Under the pieces are notes generated by a model. It had not been told where the DNA came from and made no database searches. It worked only from the letters and a program-made list of their open reading frames with translations. A program made the position numbers and the translations under genes. Below, piece after piece: positions 23,855 to 36,794 of a stretch of DNA of 64,000 nucleotides (its first letter is position 1; the number at the start of each line of letters is the position of its first letter). The stretch covers positions 2,323,016-2,387,015 of the forward strand of contig CAJINV010000006.1 in assembly GCA_905178155.1 (NCBI GenBank). The letters are read 5' to 3'. This DNA comes from Amoebophrya sp. A120 (taxonomy: Eukaryota; Protista; Dinoflagellata).

Positions 23855-24905
23855 GATCGAGGAAACAAAGAGGAGGTAGGAGAAATGTACTATCTGTAGA
23901 ATGGATTTCTAATTCTAAGCTTAGAAGGTGAAGGTCTTGTGCCAAGAAGGATCGTGCATGACTCAGGTGGGGGTGCTGGAGTGTACTTATTAATTTATGG
24001 TACTTCTGCTCCAACTTGTGGCTCACGACGAATTTTAAGTGCTGCAATTTTATCACACTAAACACATGCTTACGCCGGACACGGACTCGCCGGAAGCCTA
24101 GATGACTGAAGCAGACACGCGTTGTGAAGCGTTACGGAATAGCAGCGCACCGACGAGAGGGAAAATCTTCACAACACAAGTAGACATCAGATCAAAGGCG
24201 GTTTGTTCGATTTGTCAAGTGCAACGATTGGCGCACGATTGAAGAAAGCGTACGAGTGTTTCTTGTGACTTTCTTGTACGACGAGGATAACTAGTGTAAC
24301 GGACGTTGCCAAGAGCGTGCCAACACAGGCCAGCCATAGAAATCTTCCATCAGACGAGAGCAGAGCGCTGGTACAATACGCTTATCAAGGACGGAGGACG
24401 ACAGGACGACGGCAAGGAGAAGATTTCTATTTCAAGATATGAAGAGGAACAAGCAGGAGAGCAGAGAAACAAACTAACAAGAGCCTCAGCACCGTTTTTC
24501 TCCTTCTTGGGAGATCCTCAATGCTGGCTTATTTCGGTTGCACGAATACAAATTGAAAAAACTTTGGGTACCTGCGAATATAAAGTTTCAGTACGCGTGG
24601 GAGGGCGCATAAATAGCTACTTTCTCCTTCTATCCAAGGAGCCGTGCGCGACAGTTTCTGTTCTGAATTTGCTCCTTTCACAGGCCGCAAGAGAACACCA
24701 GGGTGGCATTCATAGAAAGCTGTGAAATTGAAATGTGATGAAGATATCGTAATGGGGAGGGACAATTGAACCCGAAAGACGTATAGGCACCACAAGATCA
24801 CGAGCTCTGCCGAGGCTGCACACCATTTTTGTTCCTTTTACTGTATTGTAACCATTCTACTGCAACACATCCAACCCTAATCTTTTCGGTTTCTTCATAC
24901 TATTC

Positions 24906-26204
24906 TCAAATCCGATCGTAATCCCCTGTTCTGTCCGCAAACGCCTCGCTGCCACAGCAGAAGACGTAAAAGAAAACGGCGCCGAGAAGGAAAAATACGA
25001 AGAACCCAAAAAGCGCCAGGTGGAGTAGGTGACACACACAGGAGCTATCTATATCTTCGTTTTCATCTATCATTTCCTCGCTGCGCCCTGAATTTTTGGA
25101 TGATGCTGTAGTTCCACCCGTGTTCTTCGTCCCGAGGTCGGTCGTTGTTTCACTACTGCTCAAAGGGGGTGTTGCCGCGCCCTCGGGCAGTTGAAAGGCT
25201 GGATTTGCTTGCGGAGGCGGGGGCTTTTTTGTTGTACCACTGCTCTCCGGTGGCTCCGACCCCGGCGCGCCAGGGTTGTTTTCCATGGTACCGCCAAAAA
25301 TGAAGGGGTCTTGGGGCGAACCGGGCTGCTTGTTCTTGGTGGCACCGGAACGACGTCCTCGCGTTTGTTCTACAACAACTCGGTTGGTCGTAGTTCTACT
25401 TGATTCAGACTCTCCGACTTTCAACAAAATCTGCTGCTTTTCGCTCGTACTTCGACTAGCAATGGAGGACCTGCTCCGTGTAGAAAAGAACCTCGTCTTA
25501 CCACTTGTTTCCGTTTGAGAAAAAGAGCTGCTGGTGCTGGTACTCTTCCTGCTTGGCTCCCCCGGGTGGTCATCGTCTTGCGGACTACGGATACGATCCT
25601 GCCCTTGAAGATCATGGGCTCGGTTTGTCAGTGAAGCATGAGCCGTGAGGTCGTCGACCCTTGATGTCTCTACTGAATCATTTGATTTGGATTTATGGTC
25701 ATGGGATGCTCCCTGCAGGAAAAACCCGAGCACTGTTCTTGGCCGCCCACGGCGCTGCTCCTCCCGTTGCAAATTTTTGCGCCGAAGTTTCTCAAATCGA
25801 AAGTCCGCTATGAGTCGGTCCGCTGTTTGATGTTCTGGTGAAGATGTCGCGCTCGCGCCTACTGCACCTTGTATTGGTGGTGCTGGTGCCGCGTCGTGTT
25901 GCATCAACCCGATGTGTGCTTTTCTTTCTGACTGTTCAAGAATCGACGACGCAGCTCTTGCTGTCGACTTCGCTCGTTGTTCCTGAGATTGTTCTTGCTC
26001 GTCTTTCGCTCTTCGCCGCCCGCTCTGACTGGTGCTCGTGCTGGTGCTCGCCGTCCCAACACTCTTCTGCTTGAATACCGCGACGGCACTTATGGTTGGT
26101 GTTATGACCACCCCGGAGCGGGCGCAGAAATAAAAAACTGCCGCGACCACGGTTCTTGCGGTAGAACGGCGCAGAAGTTCTTGCTTGGGTAGATAAGCCA
26201 ACAT
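24906..26204 (-). CDS. Intronless hypothetical membrane protein (432 aa)
   Basis: Single ORF with hydrophobic N-terminal segment and C-terminal TM (LLHLALFGFFVFFLLGAVFFYVF). Confidence 0.7.
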   Translation of the reverse strand: MLAYLPKQELLRRSTARTVVAAVFYFCARSGVVITPTISAVAVFKQKSVGTASTSTSTSQSGRRRAKDEQEQSQEQRAKSTARAASSILEQSERKAHIGLMQHDAAPAPPIQGAVGASATSSPEHQTADRLIADFRFEKLRRKNLQREEQRRGRPRTVLGFFLQGASHDHKSKSNDSVETSRVDDLTAHASLTNRAHDLQGQDRIRSPQDDDHPGEPSRKSTSTSSSFSQTETSGKTRFFSTRSRSSIASRSTSEKQQILLKVGESESSRTTTNRVVVEQTRGRRSGATKNKQPGSPQDPFIFGGTMENNPGAPGSEPPESSGTTKKPPPPQANPAFQLPEGAATPPLSSSETTTDLGTKNTGGTTASSKNSGRSEEMIDENEDIDSSCVCHLLHLALFGFFVFFLLGAVFFYVFCCGSEAFADRTGDYDRI

Positions 26205-27311
26205 CTTCCTCGGAAACCTACTTGTAGTATGAGTATGTAATATTAAGGACTACTTACTGCTGCAACAGAAATTGGCCTGGTCATTCTTCGAAAAGATCGT
26301 GTGTTAAAGAAACTCCTAGCATATTACCTACACAGCACTTGTGTCCTACTTAATCCTGATCGTGCAGTAGGCCGTGTTAGTAAAGATGAATGACTAAAAA
26401 CTGCGACGAATCATCGCCATATTCTTGCTAGCAACTGCAACATAAGGTTAAGGGAAGGACTGCTAGGGGCTCACTGTTATTCCTTTCAAGTTCTATATGT
26501 TTTCCTGTGACGCCACGACAACGAGTCGTCTTGTTCATAGCCGACTAAAATGGAACGGAACTACTATTGACGCCACGACAACGAGTCGGATTAATGTTCT
26601 TGCACTTGCATGCTGTGTACTTTTTGATTTGCACGATCGATTTCGTCAGCTGATGACGAGAGGAACCAGGGGTTGCAAACAACGAAACAGAACGACAAAA
26701 CGAAAGAGCCGCACGAGCAGAGTAATATGAAGCACGACCACGACACGGTGAGGTATATAAATATTTGAGGGACGAAGAGCGGCCAGATCATACGATAAGT
26801 TCGACAAACACAAAAAGGAGCAAGCCGCGCAGGAGAAAAAGAAAAAGAACATCAGAAGCACCAGATATAGTGTCACTTCACAAAGATTCTACTCAAGAAA
26901 AATTCTCCCGGTGCACGCTCAGGTGGCATAGGATCTAGGGTGGATTTATTAATGCCTTGCTTCGTATGTTGAACCTTTACCTTCTGTCAGGGGGGAAATA
27001 CTAGAATAAATGGATTTCAACTACTTTCTAGAAGGAACAGAAACTCAATCACAGTGTGGGGCGGGGAGTCGCAGTAGTAGATCATCATCATACGCACTTG
27101 AGAACTGGGGTGGGTCTACGAGGTACAGAAATTAAAAAAAAAACAAGAACAACTACAAAGCATATTACAGCTACAGGAGGAAAAGCAAAACAAAGACAAA
27201 AAGTTGACGTTGAGCATCATATTGAAATAAACAAAAATGTGGTAGTACAGTGGGTCGAAAGAGCATCCTGCTCGCAGGTATTTTTATGCGTCCATTTTTG
27301 TTCCACTCTCC

Positions 27312-30300
27312 TCAACCTTCGCCCAAATCAGGGGTCGGCCGGCTGTTGTCCGTGCTCCTTGGCGCGGCCATCAGAGGCGGTTCTTCTGACATTGGCGCCA
27401 CTTGCGAGGCCCTGGTAGCTCCCGCAGAAGTGGTCCCGCCAACCTGCGACGCCCTCGTCGTCCCAGCACCTCCACCAGCAACACTGTGGCGCGAGGCCGC
27501 GGTCTGCGAAGCCCGTTGTTCCTCTCTTTTCGATATGGAATGTAAAAGTGTCTGGGTCTGGAAGCTTGGAACTTGTAATGCTAGCTTTCCATACCTAGAA
27601 AATCTGTATTGCACTATAACCAACAAAAGTCGCAGCCTCTTTTGTCATGTTGGGAAGCTAAGGGCTGGGCGTCCCTGTCGTTCTGTAAACCTTAAAACGG
27701 TAGCCACTTACTCGACAAACTCTAAATAGAATAAGTTTGGACAAAGTGATCACTACCGAGAGACAACAACAAAATAAAGGCTCCTGGGACGGCAGCCTCT
27801 TTTGTCATGCAAAACCGCAGTTTGTCATTCGGATTGCCTACGAGAAAGCGTTTTGGGAAGTTGTCATGCCGGATTGCATTCGGAAGTGTTTTGTTTCATC
27901 ATGCACATTTTAGCACCACAAGTTTCCAGACCCAGACATTTTTGCATTTCCTATTCGAAGGGCTTTTCGACATCTCGGAACTGCGTTTGTTCATCTCCGA
28001 GGTCCGTTTTTTTGACGCCTGGCGACTGGATCGACCAGACGAGGCATTGTTTGCCCCCGCCTGATATGCATTGCAAATATGTCTGGGTCTGGAAACTTGT
28101 AATGCTAAAAGTGAATGATAGACGCACTGCAATACGCAGCTATGCATGACAAATTTTTTGGCTGCCATGTCTTACTTATTCCGCATGGCAAACTGCGTTT
28201 TTGCATGACAGGTAAGAGGGCCTTTTCGTGCCTATGCAACACAGATTCTCGAGTCATGCCAGAAAAGCATGACAAACTTGCAGTCTTCCAGACCCAGACA
28301 TTTTTGCATTTGATACTTCAGAGTGGGAAGAGTGGCTGTGGTGTGCGGATTTATTCATTTGCGAGGTGCGTTTGCTGGAGCGCGATTTCCGGCTACTTCT
28401 TCCTCCCGAGGATTTCATAGCGTTCTTAATGGCGTCGCCGAAGGCTATCATTTGTAAAAACGTCGACGTCCCCACCCCACAGTTGTAATGCAATTCTGCA
28501 TACTGAAGACGTTTCTCATGCGGAGCCCAATGAGAAGCATTTTCTAGTTGTGTTTCGGAGTTTGTCATGCTCCAATCAGCATGATGTGCTAGGTTTGTGA
28601 AGATGCTGGTGAACTACCTAAACGAGATGACACTACGAGGCCAGACTTGTCATGCGCAACAACCAAGCCTCGTGGATTATTTGTCTAGCAGATTACCCAT
28701 CTTGACTATGGGGTGGAGACGTTTTTACACAGGATAAAGGCTGCGCCGTCCTCTAGGATGTTCACCGAACTCTCCAGGCGCTGTCGCTCCATCTTCTCTT
28801 GCTTTTCCGTCAGCGTGGCCAGCTGCTTTTTCAACACGGAGACCCGCTCGTTCCGGCTCTTCCTGTATCCTGTGCAAAAGTATCCGATACTCGTAGCAAT
28901 CGCAATACTGCATGACAAATCTTCAATCTTAAAGTAAATCCGCATTACAAATTTTATTCCTGATTCTGAGGATGAAATTCAAATTTGTAATGCAGTTTAA
29001 TACGAGTACACGATAGTTTTGCAATTCATATCCTGCCCTCGTGCGTGCTCCCGAAGGCCAGGGAATTCATCATGGCCGAGGTCATCGACTTTTGCTGCTC
29101 GGACCGCAAGTCTTGCAGCTCCTTTTTCAGACCGTCAATCTCCTTCGCCAGGGCCTCCTCCCGTGGATCGATGCCCCGACTGACCAGCAGGGCAGATTTG
29201 CTGCGGCCCGCGAGGCTCTTATCCGGCTTCCCGTCATCACCCATAACCAAATGCTCGCTCTTCCTCCGAACGACTTGCCGATCCACCTCACAGCATATCC
29301 TGTGCAAAAGTATCGCACTCGTAGTTGTAGTCGCATTTTTGCACGACAAACCTCTTTTTCAAGGTAAATCAGCATGAGAAATTCCATTCGTCATGCTGAG
29401 CAAATTTGTAATGCGATTACTACTAGTACGATACTTTTGCAGTTCATACAGCACCAGGCGCAACAGCATTTTATCGGGATCACGACGAAAAGGACGACCA
29501 AGATATGCATTGCAAACATGTCTGGGTCTGGAAACTTGTAATGCTGAATGATCATGATTGACTGTGCCTTTGAGTGCATTGCAGCATGACAAATGTTTCA
29601 AACGCTCTCTCATGCGCAGAACGCATTACAAACTGCGCTTTTGCAGGACGAAAGTGTGGCGCTTTGTGTGCTGCCTATGCAATACAGATTTTTTAGGAAT
29701 GCGAAACATGCAATACAGGTTCAACCTTCCAGACCCAGACATATTTGCATTTGATACAAGAGGAAGATGAGCAAAAACCCGAGCAGGGTTCCGAGGATCA
29801 TCATGCAGTACCAGTTGTATCCTGAGCAAAAGCGCCCCCGCCTCATAGCTAACATGAGAAATCTGCTAAACAAATCAGCCAGCTTTGGTTGTTGCGCATG
29901 ACAAGTTTCGCCTCGCAGTGTGATCCTGTTTAGCTTGTTCAGCAGCATCACAGACCTAGCCTATTGTGCTGATTTGAGCATTACAAATTCCACACCACGG
30001 CTAGAAAATGCCTGTCATCGGGCTCCGCATGAGAAACCTTCTGAGCCTGGGGACGTTTTCACACAGGATAAGTTGCAGCTTTTTCCCTTCTCCTCCATAC
30101 TTTGGTCGTAACTCCGGATTCCCGCGGGAACGGTTCTTCCATCCGGGTATTGATAGTGGTACTCCTTCGAATCGTATCGCAACAAAAAGTGTTACAGTAT
30201 ACACATTGTGTTGCAGGAGCCGCAAGACAGTAGACAACCTTTGCCATGCAAGAAATGGTTGCGAACTTCATTTCGTACGTGTTTTATTCCCTTAGGATCT

Positions 30301-32661
30301 CTGCATTGCAAGTTTTCTGTGCCACACAGAGAAAATTTGTGTTGCTGAAGGTCCAAAAAATGTTCAACTGTAACACTTTTTTCTTGTGATAAAACGTCCG
30401 GGGGCACAATCAAACACGGCTGGTTCGCCACATCGAGCATGTATCATTTGTAAAAACGTCCCCACTCCAGAGTCAAGTTCTTGGGGATTTTGCAACATAA
30501 ACGTTGAAGTTTTGGGAACCACGCATAACAAGTTCTTGCAGGCTGTAGTGTAGTGCAGATTAGCAAGCGAAGCCGCATAGCACATTCATCTCCTCATCCT
30601 GTTTACAGCATTACAAGTTCCGAAACACTATGGGAAATGCCTCTCATGGGGATGCGCAAGACTAACGCTCTTGTGTGCTTCCAGATCTGCATGACAAGAA
30701 CTCTGGGGTGGGGGTGTTTTTACACAGGATAGCATGGTGGTATTGTCAACGCCGTACGCGGCGATGTCAAAATTCGGGTTTTTCACCACCCGTACGCGCG
30801 CGTAGGTCGTCGTTTCCGTCTCCCCCGTTTCGGCGTTTTTCACGGTTTCGTTTCTGAACAGAAAGGCCTCGTCGATGTGGTCGTGCGCGTAGGAAAACCC
30901 GGTCTGCTCCTTTTCCTTTTCGAAAAGAACCCCGAGGACCACCCGGTCGAGGTAAATGTCCGATTCGAGACAGTCGTAGACAAACTCGCAGCAGGTCGGG
31001 TAGGGTTCTTGTAGGTCTTGGTTGTCGTTGTGGTACTGCTCTACCTCGCACTGGGCTTTCCGATACAGAGGTGACGGGAGCAAAATCTTCTCCGACAACA
31101 CCATGCGCGTGACGAGGGGCACTTCTGGCGTCGAAGAAGTAGATTCTTCTGCTAAATGTTCTTGTATGTCTCTACTCCCGCAGACCGCCGGCAGGCACAC
31201 ATGTTGCGGCTCCCCTTGTGGCTCGATACTCTCTCCGTCTTGCCCCGCCTGCGAGGAAGCAGGGGCAGCGAGAAGCCCTTGCCCCGTCTGCGCGGCCTGC
31301 GAGGAAGCAGGGGCAGCGAGAAGAGCCTGCTTCGCCTTTGGCTTTATCTTTGATCCACCTGGTGGTGGATCTTCCCGTCCAGCGGCAAGAAAAGAAACGC
31401 CGGCTTGTTGTTCCTCTGTCGTGACGTTGTTGGTGCCATTTTGCTCTGGGTGGAGCGGGTTCGCGCTGGCCCCCCCGGCTCCGTCTCCTGTTACTGTTTC
31501 ATTGTTCGTACCGCCTGCAGTTCCCGAAGGTTCTGCCACAACTCCTGTCGTTGCGTTTGTACTACCGTCTGCTTGCTGTGTTTCATTACTACCGCCTGCA
31601 TCTACTGTGTGACCACCCGCTGCACTGGCTCCGGTCCCGTCTGAAGACGTTGCCTCTACTTCTCCAGCTGCGCTCTCAGTTGCATTTGTGGTCCCCTCCC
31701 CGCGACCACTCTCATCGCCTTCCTCAATTGCCCCGGCCTCGGCCGGGGTTCCCTGCAGGTGCGGTCCCGTGGCCGCCGGCGCACACCGACCATTATCGTG
31801 GACGAAGTGCGTGTAGAGCTCGACCACCTTCCGCCTGATCACCTCCTGGTCGTTTTCCTCGTCCTTCGTGCCCATAATTTGCAGTTCGACCACCGGGATT
31901 CCGTTGTGGGTCGGCCCCTTCCAACCCGTCGGCAGGAACTTTTCTTCTTGCTCATGTTCTTGAGCCGCATGATTTTGAATACTATGCTTCTGGGTTAGGA
32001 TTTTCTTGTTCTGGACGAGCTTTGTAGTCCTTGACGTGGTTGCGAAAGAGGAAGTTGGGACTTTTTCGACCGTTTTTGCGCTTCTTGTTCTTTCCTCACT
32101 CGTCCTGGAAGTTGTTGATGATGCTCTCTTCTTTTTTACCAGCACTCGCTCTTGTTTATTTCTTGCCGGCGAGAAGGTCCTCCGCGTGGAAGAAGATTTT
32201 CCATTTCCCAGCTGAACCGCGGAGGTGACCGAACAAGTACAACATATCGAAAGAAAAACCTGTTATTTCATCACTGTGAACTTGTAAATCGCATACGATA
32301 AGTACGTGTTTGTGGACTTGCTTCTCGTACACATGCAGGACAATGCATACTTTTTGGCGTGTTTATTTTCCTTGGGTGGCTGCTCACATGGCAAACAACT
32401 TCTCATTTGTGATGTGGAGCAAACTTGTGATGCAATAAAACTAGCTTGCACAATGAAAATCATCACAGTGAAACAGTTTTTTCGTGGGATACTCCAGGTG
32501 TTCAAAATTATATCAACGCCGATGATGATCCACCATGACGACGACGACGACCTTCCTGTGTAGCATAATACTCCCGGAATTAGGTTGGACATTCGTCCCC
32601 CGATCAGTTTGCAAGCACTTCTCGTCCGCCGGCCACGACTGGAGGTCGCCCGCTGGTTCAT
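27312..32661 (-). CDS. Type I membrane protein (~919 aa) with Cys-rich ectodomain segment and cytoplasmic coiled coil; 10 introner introns
   Basis: Spliced length 2760 nt. TM MMILGTLLGFLLIFLLVVLFVVIPI is rebuilt across the 29504 element. Includes ORF 30628..32145. Confidence 0.75.
27534..27953. mobile_element. Introner family A with internal 142-bp insertion
   Basis: TSD ttcga. Confidence 0.85.
28065..28315. mobile_element. Introner family A
   Basis: TSD cctga/cttca. Confidence 0.85.
28446..28736. mobile_element. Introner family F
   Basis: TSD aaggc. Confidence 0.9.
28866..29030. mobile_element. Introner family B
   Basis: TSD tcctg. Confidence 0.9.
29296..29448. mobile_element. Introner family B
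   Basis: TSD cagca. Confidence 0.9.
29504..29756. mobile_element. Introner family A
   Basis: TSD caaga. Confidence 0.9.
29818..30070. mobile_element. Introner family F
   Basis: TSD agttg. Confidence 0.9.
30175..30391. mobile_element. Introner family C variant
   Basis: TSD aatcg/aaacg. Confidence 0.85.
30442..30731. mobile_element. Introner family F
   Basis: TSD gcatg. Confidence 0.9.
32245..32491. mobile_element. Introner family C
   Basis: TSD caaca/ctcca (decayed); frame restored. Confidence 0.85.
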
Positions 32662-33501
32662 TTTTTTTTTTCGAAAACCGCGAAAATTTTGCTAGTAATA
32701 GACACCACCAACAAGCTGACGCTATCAAGAATGTCGAAGCTGCTGAAGCACTATTGTTTTTACTTGTTACGCTAGGTGGCGACTCTTAACACGAGACGAT
32801 TTCCAACTAGTACAACGTCCTTCGTCTATTTGTAAACTGATGATGCGGGTCAAGAATGTGCAAGATTTCTTTCTTAGCTATAGGGACGAGGAGGAGGCGA
32901 TGTTGTATGTTCATGTTCCTGTTTCTTCTATCATCGGGGACCACCACAATAGATGAAACAGCTGTGGTGCTGCACAAGATTCATTTTCAAAAACTGAAGA
33001 GGTGAACGACGACGACGACGACTGTCAGCATCAAGCTGCACATGATGAAGTACGTAGGATTCGTCGTAGTTTTACGATTTGCTCCTGCTTCACGACGCAA
33101 GTATTAAAGCGCACGACATATCGGAACGAGCGAAGAAGACTAGGACGTGGGGGCATCAGCGCGGCGCAATAGAAGGGGTGCACCACGACGAATTTCCAGA
33201 AAGACGATCAAAGACGAACGAGAAGCTGCTGCACACCAGGACGATACATAGGACTAGAGGATGAAGAACGACAACGAAGAGAGACGAACGATGCTAGGCA
33301 ATAAAAAAAAGCAAAACCAAAATGATTTAAACCATCGGGGTCACTCCATAATTGCATGGATTTGCGCACAAGAGACAGAGAGAATGAGAAACAGAAATAA
33401 CCAGAACTACATTTCTCACAAAACCACGAAGCAGGAGGCGCTGAGCGCGGTCGCGACATCGACATTGCTCCTTCACACGAACACCGTGTACTGGTTTGTC
33501 A

Positions 33502-33589
33502 CGCATCACAAGTTCTTCAGTCATGCCAGACAAGCATGACAAACCTCGCACAAGCATGACAAACCTTCCACACATATTTGCTTTTGATA
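33502..33589. mobile_element. Family A remnant (right end only)
   Basis: cttccacacatatttgcttttgata end; no matching left TIR seen. Confidence 0.65.
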
Positions 33590-35885
33590 AAAGTACTCGA
33601 AAAACAAATTCTTCCCCTCGGTGGGACAGTGGTCGAGTTGGATCCGCACCAGCCGCTGTAGCTCCTTCGCGTCCAGGTTCGCCGCACATTGGAGAAAGAA
33701 CGCTTCCTTTCCCCTCGTCTTGTACTCTCGGAGAACGTAGCAGCACTCCAAAAAGCGCTTCCGGAGTATGAACTGCAAATATGTCTGGGTCTGGAAGATT
33801 CTAAGCTTGTGATGCTGTCTCTGGATTCAAAAGAAATCTGTATTGCGTGACCAGCAACAGGACTCCAGTTTGTGCTACGCGGAGAGGGCATTTCCTATCC
33901 GGAATAGGCATTCGGAAGCCCAGCAAAAGTCTGTGATGCTAGTGCATGCATTACAGACTCCATGGGTCATGCAGAATATGCATGACAAACCTGGCAATCT
34001 TCCAGACCCAGACATTTTTGCAATTCATACGTAGGTAGACGTGCTCATTCCGGTTGATGTGCTGCGGGGGTGGATCCTGAGCAAAAACGTCCCCACGACC
34101 CCAGAGAAGTTTGGCATTTGTAATGCTGTAAACAGGATGAGGGGTTTGGTTTGTAATGCGGTCGCCCTTGCAGCTATTAACGTGCACTACCATAGTACAG
34201 AGACCACGAACTTGTCATGCGTGACTTCCAACACTTGTCGATTTGTGTAGCGCAGTCGCCATCTTGACTCTGGGGCGAGGACGTTTTTAGTCAGGATAAG
34301 GTGGTTGGAAAACCGGCGGGGCGCTGGAAGAAGAGGATTTGTGCTGTGGAAGATGAGATGCGCTCATCACCGCGGGGGGCGACATCTTGTTTATTTTGCA
34401 ATCGACGTCACACTTGTTGTGAATTTGCCGGTGGTCGTGTTTATCTTTATTCCCTACATACTTAACTATCCATACCTCGCTTGTGCTTTTCGGGAAGATG
34501 AGGACCTTCCACCTGTTGTCTTTGTGCCGAAGATTATTAGTCATACAGAATGACTTCTTCCTCCGTTAGCGGCTTGGTGAAGATTTTTTCACAAATTTCA
34601 TCTACCACCTTCTGATCATTCTTGCTCCTTCACACGAACACCGTGTACTGGTTTGTCATATGTATCAGCGTCGCTTAAAAATACTGAAGATTCAATACGC
34701 CTTCGTCGTATGAAGAGTCGTGTCGTACTTACTTCTTCGTGGTAAAGAAATCCACTGCAGCAGAGGTTCCAGCTCGTCTTCCACTTCCTTGATGTGCAGT
34801 CGAAGATTGAAAATAAATCAGTAGCGACCACAAGAGCTTGTTGTTCAACATGAAGATTTCAATTTCTTCACTGTATTTTATTCACCGTCGCTAGTGTTTT
34901 GTCCAGATTTTTCAGCGCTTTCGGCACTAAATCGTTCGAGATCATCTTCTTCGTTGGAATCCATTTTCCGTACTCTTCCAACTTTTTCTCCTCCGCGTCA
35001 ACATCGTGCAAGTCCTTTCGTATTATGAATTTTTGCAAAAGTGTAATCGTTTACTAGAACAACTTGCAACTGCTTTTTACATCACAAATTTGCGCAGCAT
35101 AATGCGAAAGGCAATTGGTAATGCGGATTCAGCTTGACAAAGAAATTTATGCATAAACGCACTAGTACGAGTTAGTACGATACTTTTGCAGAGGATAGGT
35201 ATTTTTGTCAGCGAATTTACCGCTTCGTCCACCTCGCGAATGGAGCTGGAGTAGGAGCTATGCACTGCAAATAGAAGATGTCTGGATTTCCAATGCAAGA
35301 CTTCAATGACAAGAAGATCTGTAATGCATCAATGCGATAATTGTTGAGCAGTCCTTTTTTTGTCGCGCTGGATTGAAGTCATTTGTCATGCGTTTTACGA
35401 ATGAATTACGAATAAAGAGCCTTTCCAAACTTCTGATGCTGTTCTACTGCCTGATTGTGATTATACAAGGGGCTAATAGTATTGACCCAAGAATGCGAGT
35501 ACAACTTACTATCACTATCAGCAAGACAAATTTCCAGATCCAGACACATTTGCACTTGATAGGAGAAAGAAGTTCTGGTCTGCGGCCTCCTGGTGGTGGT
35601 CGTTGCGGAAGATGCGGTCGCGGTTGTTTCATTTTCTCGCAGCACTGTTGACAAGAAGGATGTGCCTTGTAGTTTTGCGGCTGAACAAGATGATGCCTGG
35701 TTCTCTTGCGGTGGTACTACAAGAACTGACCCCCGCGGCCCATCCGAGAAACAATCACGCGTACAGTGCTGCAGGCTCTTGCTGCTCGAGATCATGCTGC
35801 CCCCGGCCGGGACAAGAAGCGCAAGATCATGATCGCAGATAAATGACTCCGCGTGGAGGTTCTGCAGGAGGTCACGCAACAACAT
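33521..35885 (-). CDS. Hypothetical protein, structure only partly resolved
   Basis: Four intact elements plus one broken element. The frame could not be carried through 34300-35020 without further unidentified introns. Confidence 0.35.
33767..34029. mobile_element. Introner family A
   Basis: TSD cggag/cgtag. Confidence 0.9.
34073..34298. mobile_element. Introner family F
   Basis: TSD gggtg/aggtg. Confidence 0.85.
35024..35197. mobile_element. Introner family B, diverged
   Basis: TSD cgtat/ggtat. Confidence 0.8.
35259..35561. mobile_element. Introner family A, diverged
   Basis: TSD ggagc/ggaga. Confidence 0.85.
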
Positions 35886-36794
35886 TTTCTAGTAGTCTTT
35901 GTCCTAACGAAGTAGATCGGAAACAAAGACGATTGTTAACAATGCAGCAGAAAAACTCAGTTTTTACAGTTGCTCGCTATTGATTTTGCTAAGTACTGTA
36001 GTTGAACAAGCCGCAAAGAGGGCGGAAGCTACTGTACTTCTTCAGAAAGTTCGTAAAATAATATAAATATTTTATCACAACTGTCGAAGAGCTGCTGCAG
36101 GTGGTGGACTCGACGAATTTATATTCATTTTGAAAGAGAAATACGATCTACACGACGCGGTGTAGTATAGCAAGCCTTCGTCGCTCATGACTATATATAA
36201 TTCTGTCGACCGGGAATTACTTCTGCGACTGCGACGACCACGACTCCGCTGCATATGTACTTATTTTTAAAGTGAACCACGACTACGACACGACGAGGGA
36301 ACAAGATTTCTGTGCGATCACGATGAAACGTAGAGGTAGACGAGCAGAATACTACAAAACTTCTGATTGTTCTTCACGACCAGGGGGGCCGTGGTCGGAC
36401 AAAAACTTCAGCAACTCTGCAGATAAAACAAAGAATGCGAAACTTTATTTTGCGCATAAGCAATGCAACTACAGTGCGTGCGAGGCGATGACGAAAGGTA
36501 GGAGTTCATCTTGGCGTTTTTGTTTTCGGAAGGCGCTATAGATAGAAGATGAAGTTGTTGCTTCTTTGAAGAGAACATTTCCGTGCCATAGAAGTTGTCT
36601 CCAGGCACCACAAGTATGCACCTTGATGTTCAAGAAAACTTCTTCTATTTGTTGGTAAGAAGTCCCACGACAACTACCAGTCTCGTCTTGATGTTTCTGC
36701 TACTTATTTCGTGCGCCTTGCAGCTGTTGGCCTTCTTGATATCACTATGCTTTGCTACTCTTGACACCACTAGAAGCTGTTGGCCTTCTAGTCT

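Noticed and set aside
26508-26588. 21-bp direct repeat (tgacgccacgacaacgagtcg) with 60-bp period
   Set aside because: Two copies only, in intergenic DNA, consistent with a simple local duplication.
27696-27716. Dinoflagellate spliced-leader relic (cggtagccactt)
   Set aside because: Only GTAGCCA matches the 22-nt SL consensus, which is too short to support.
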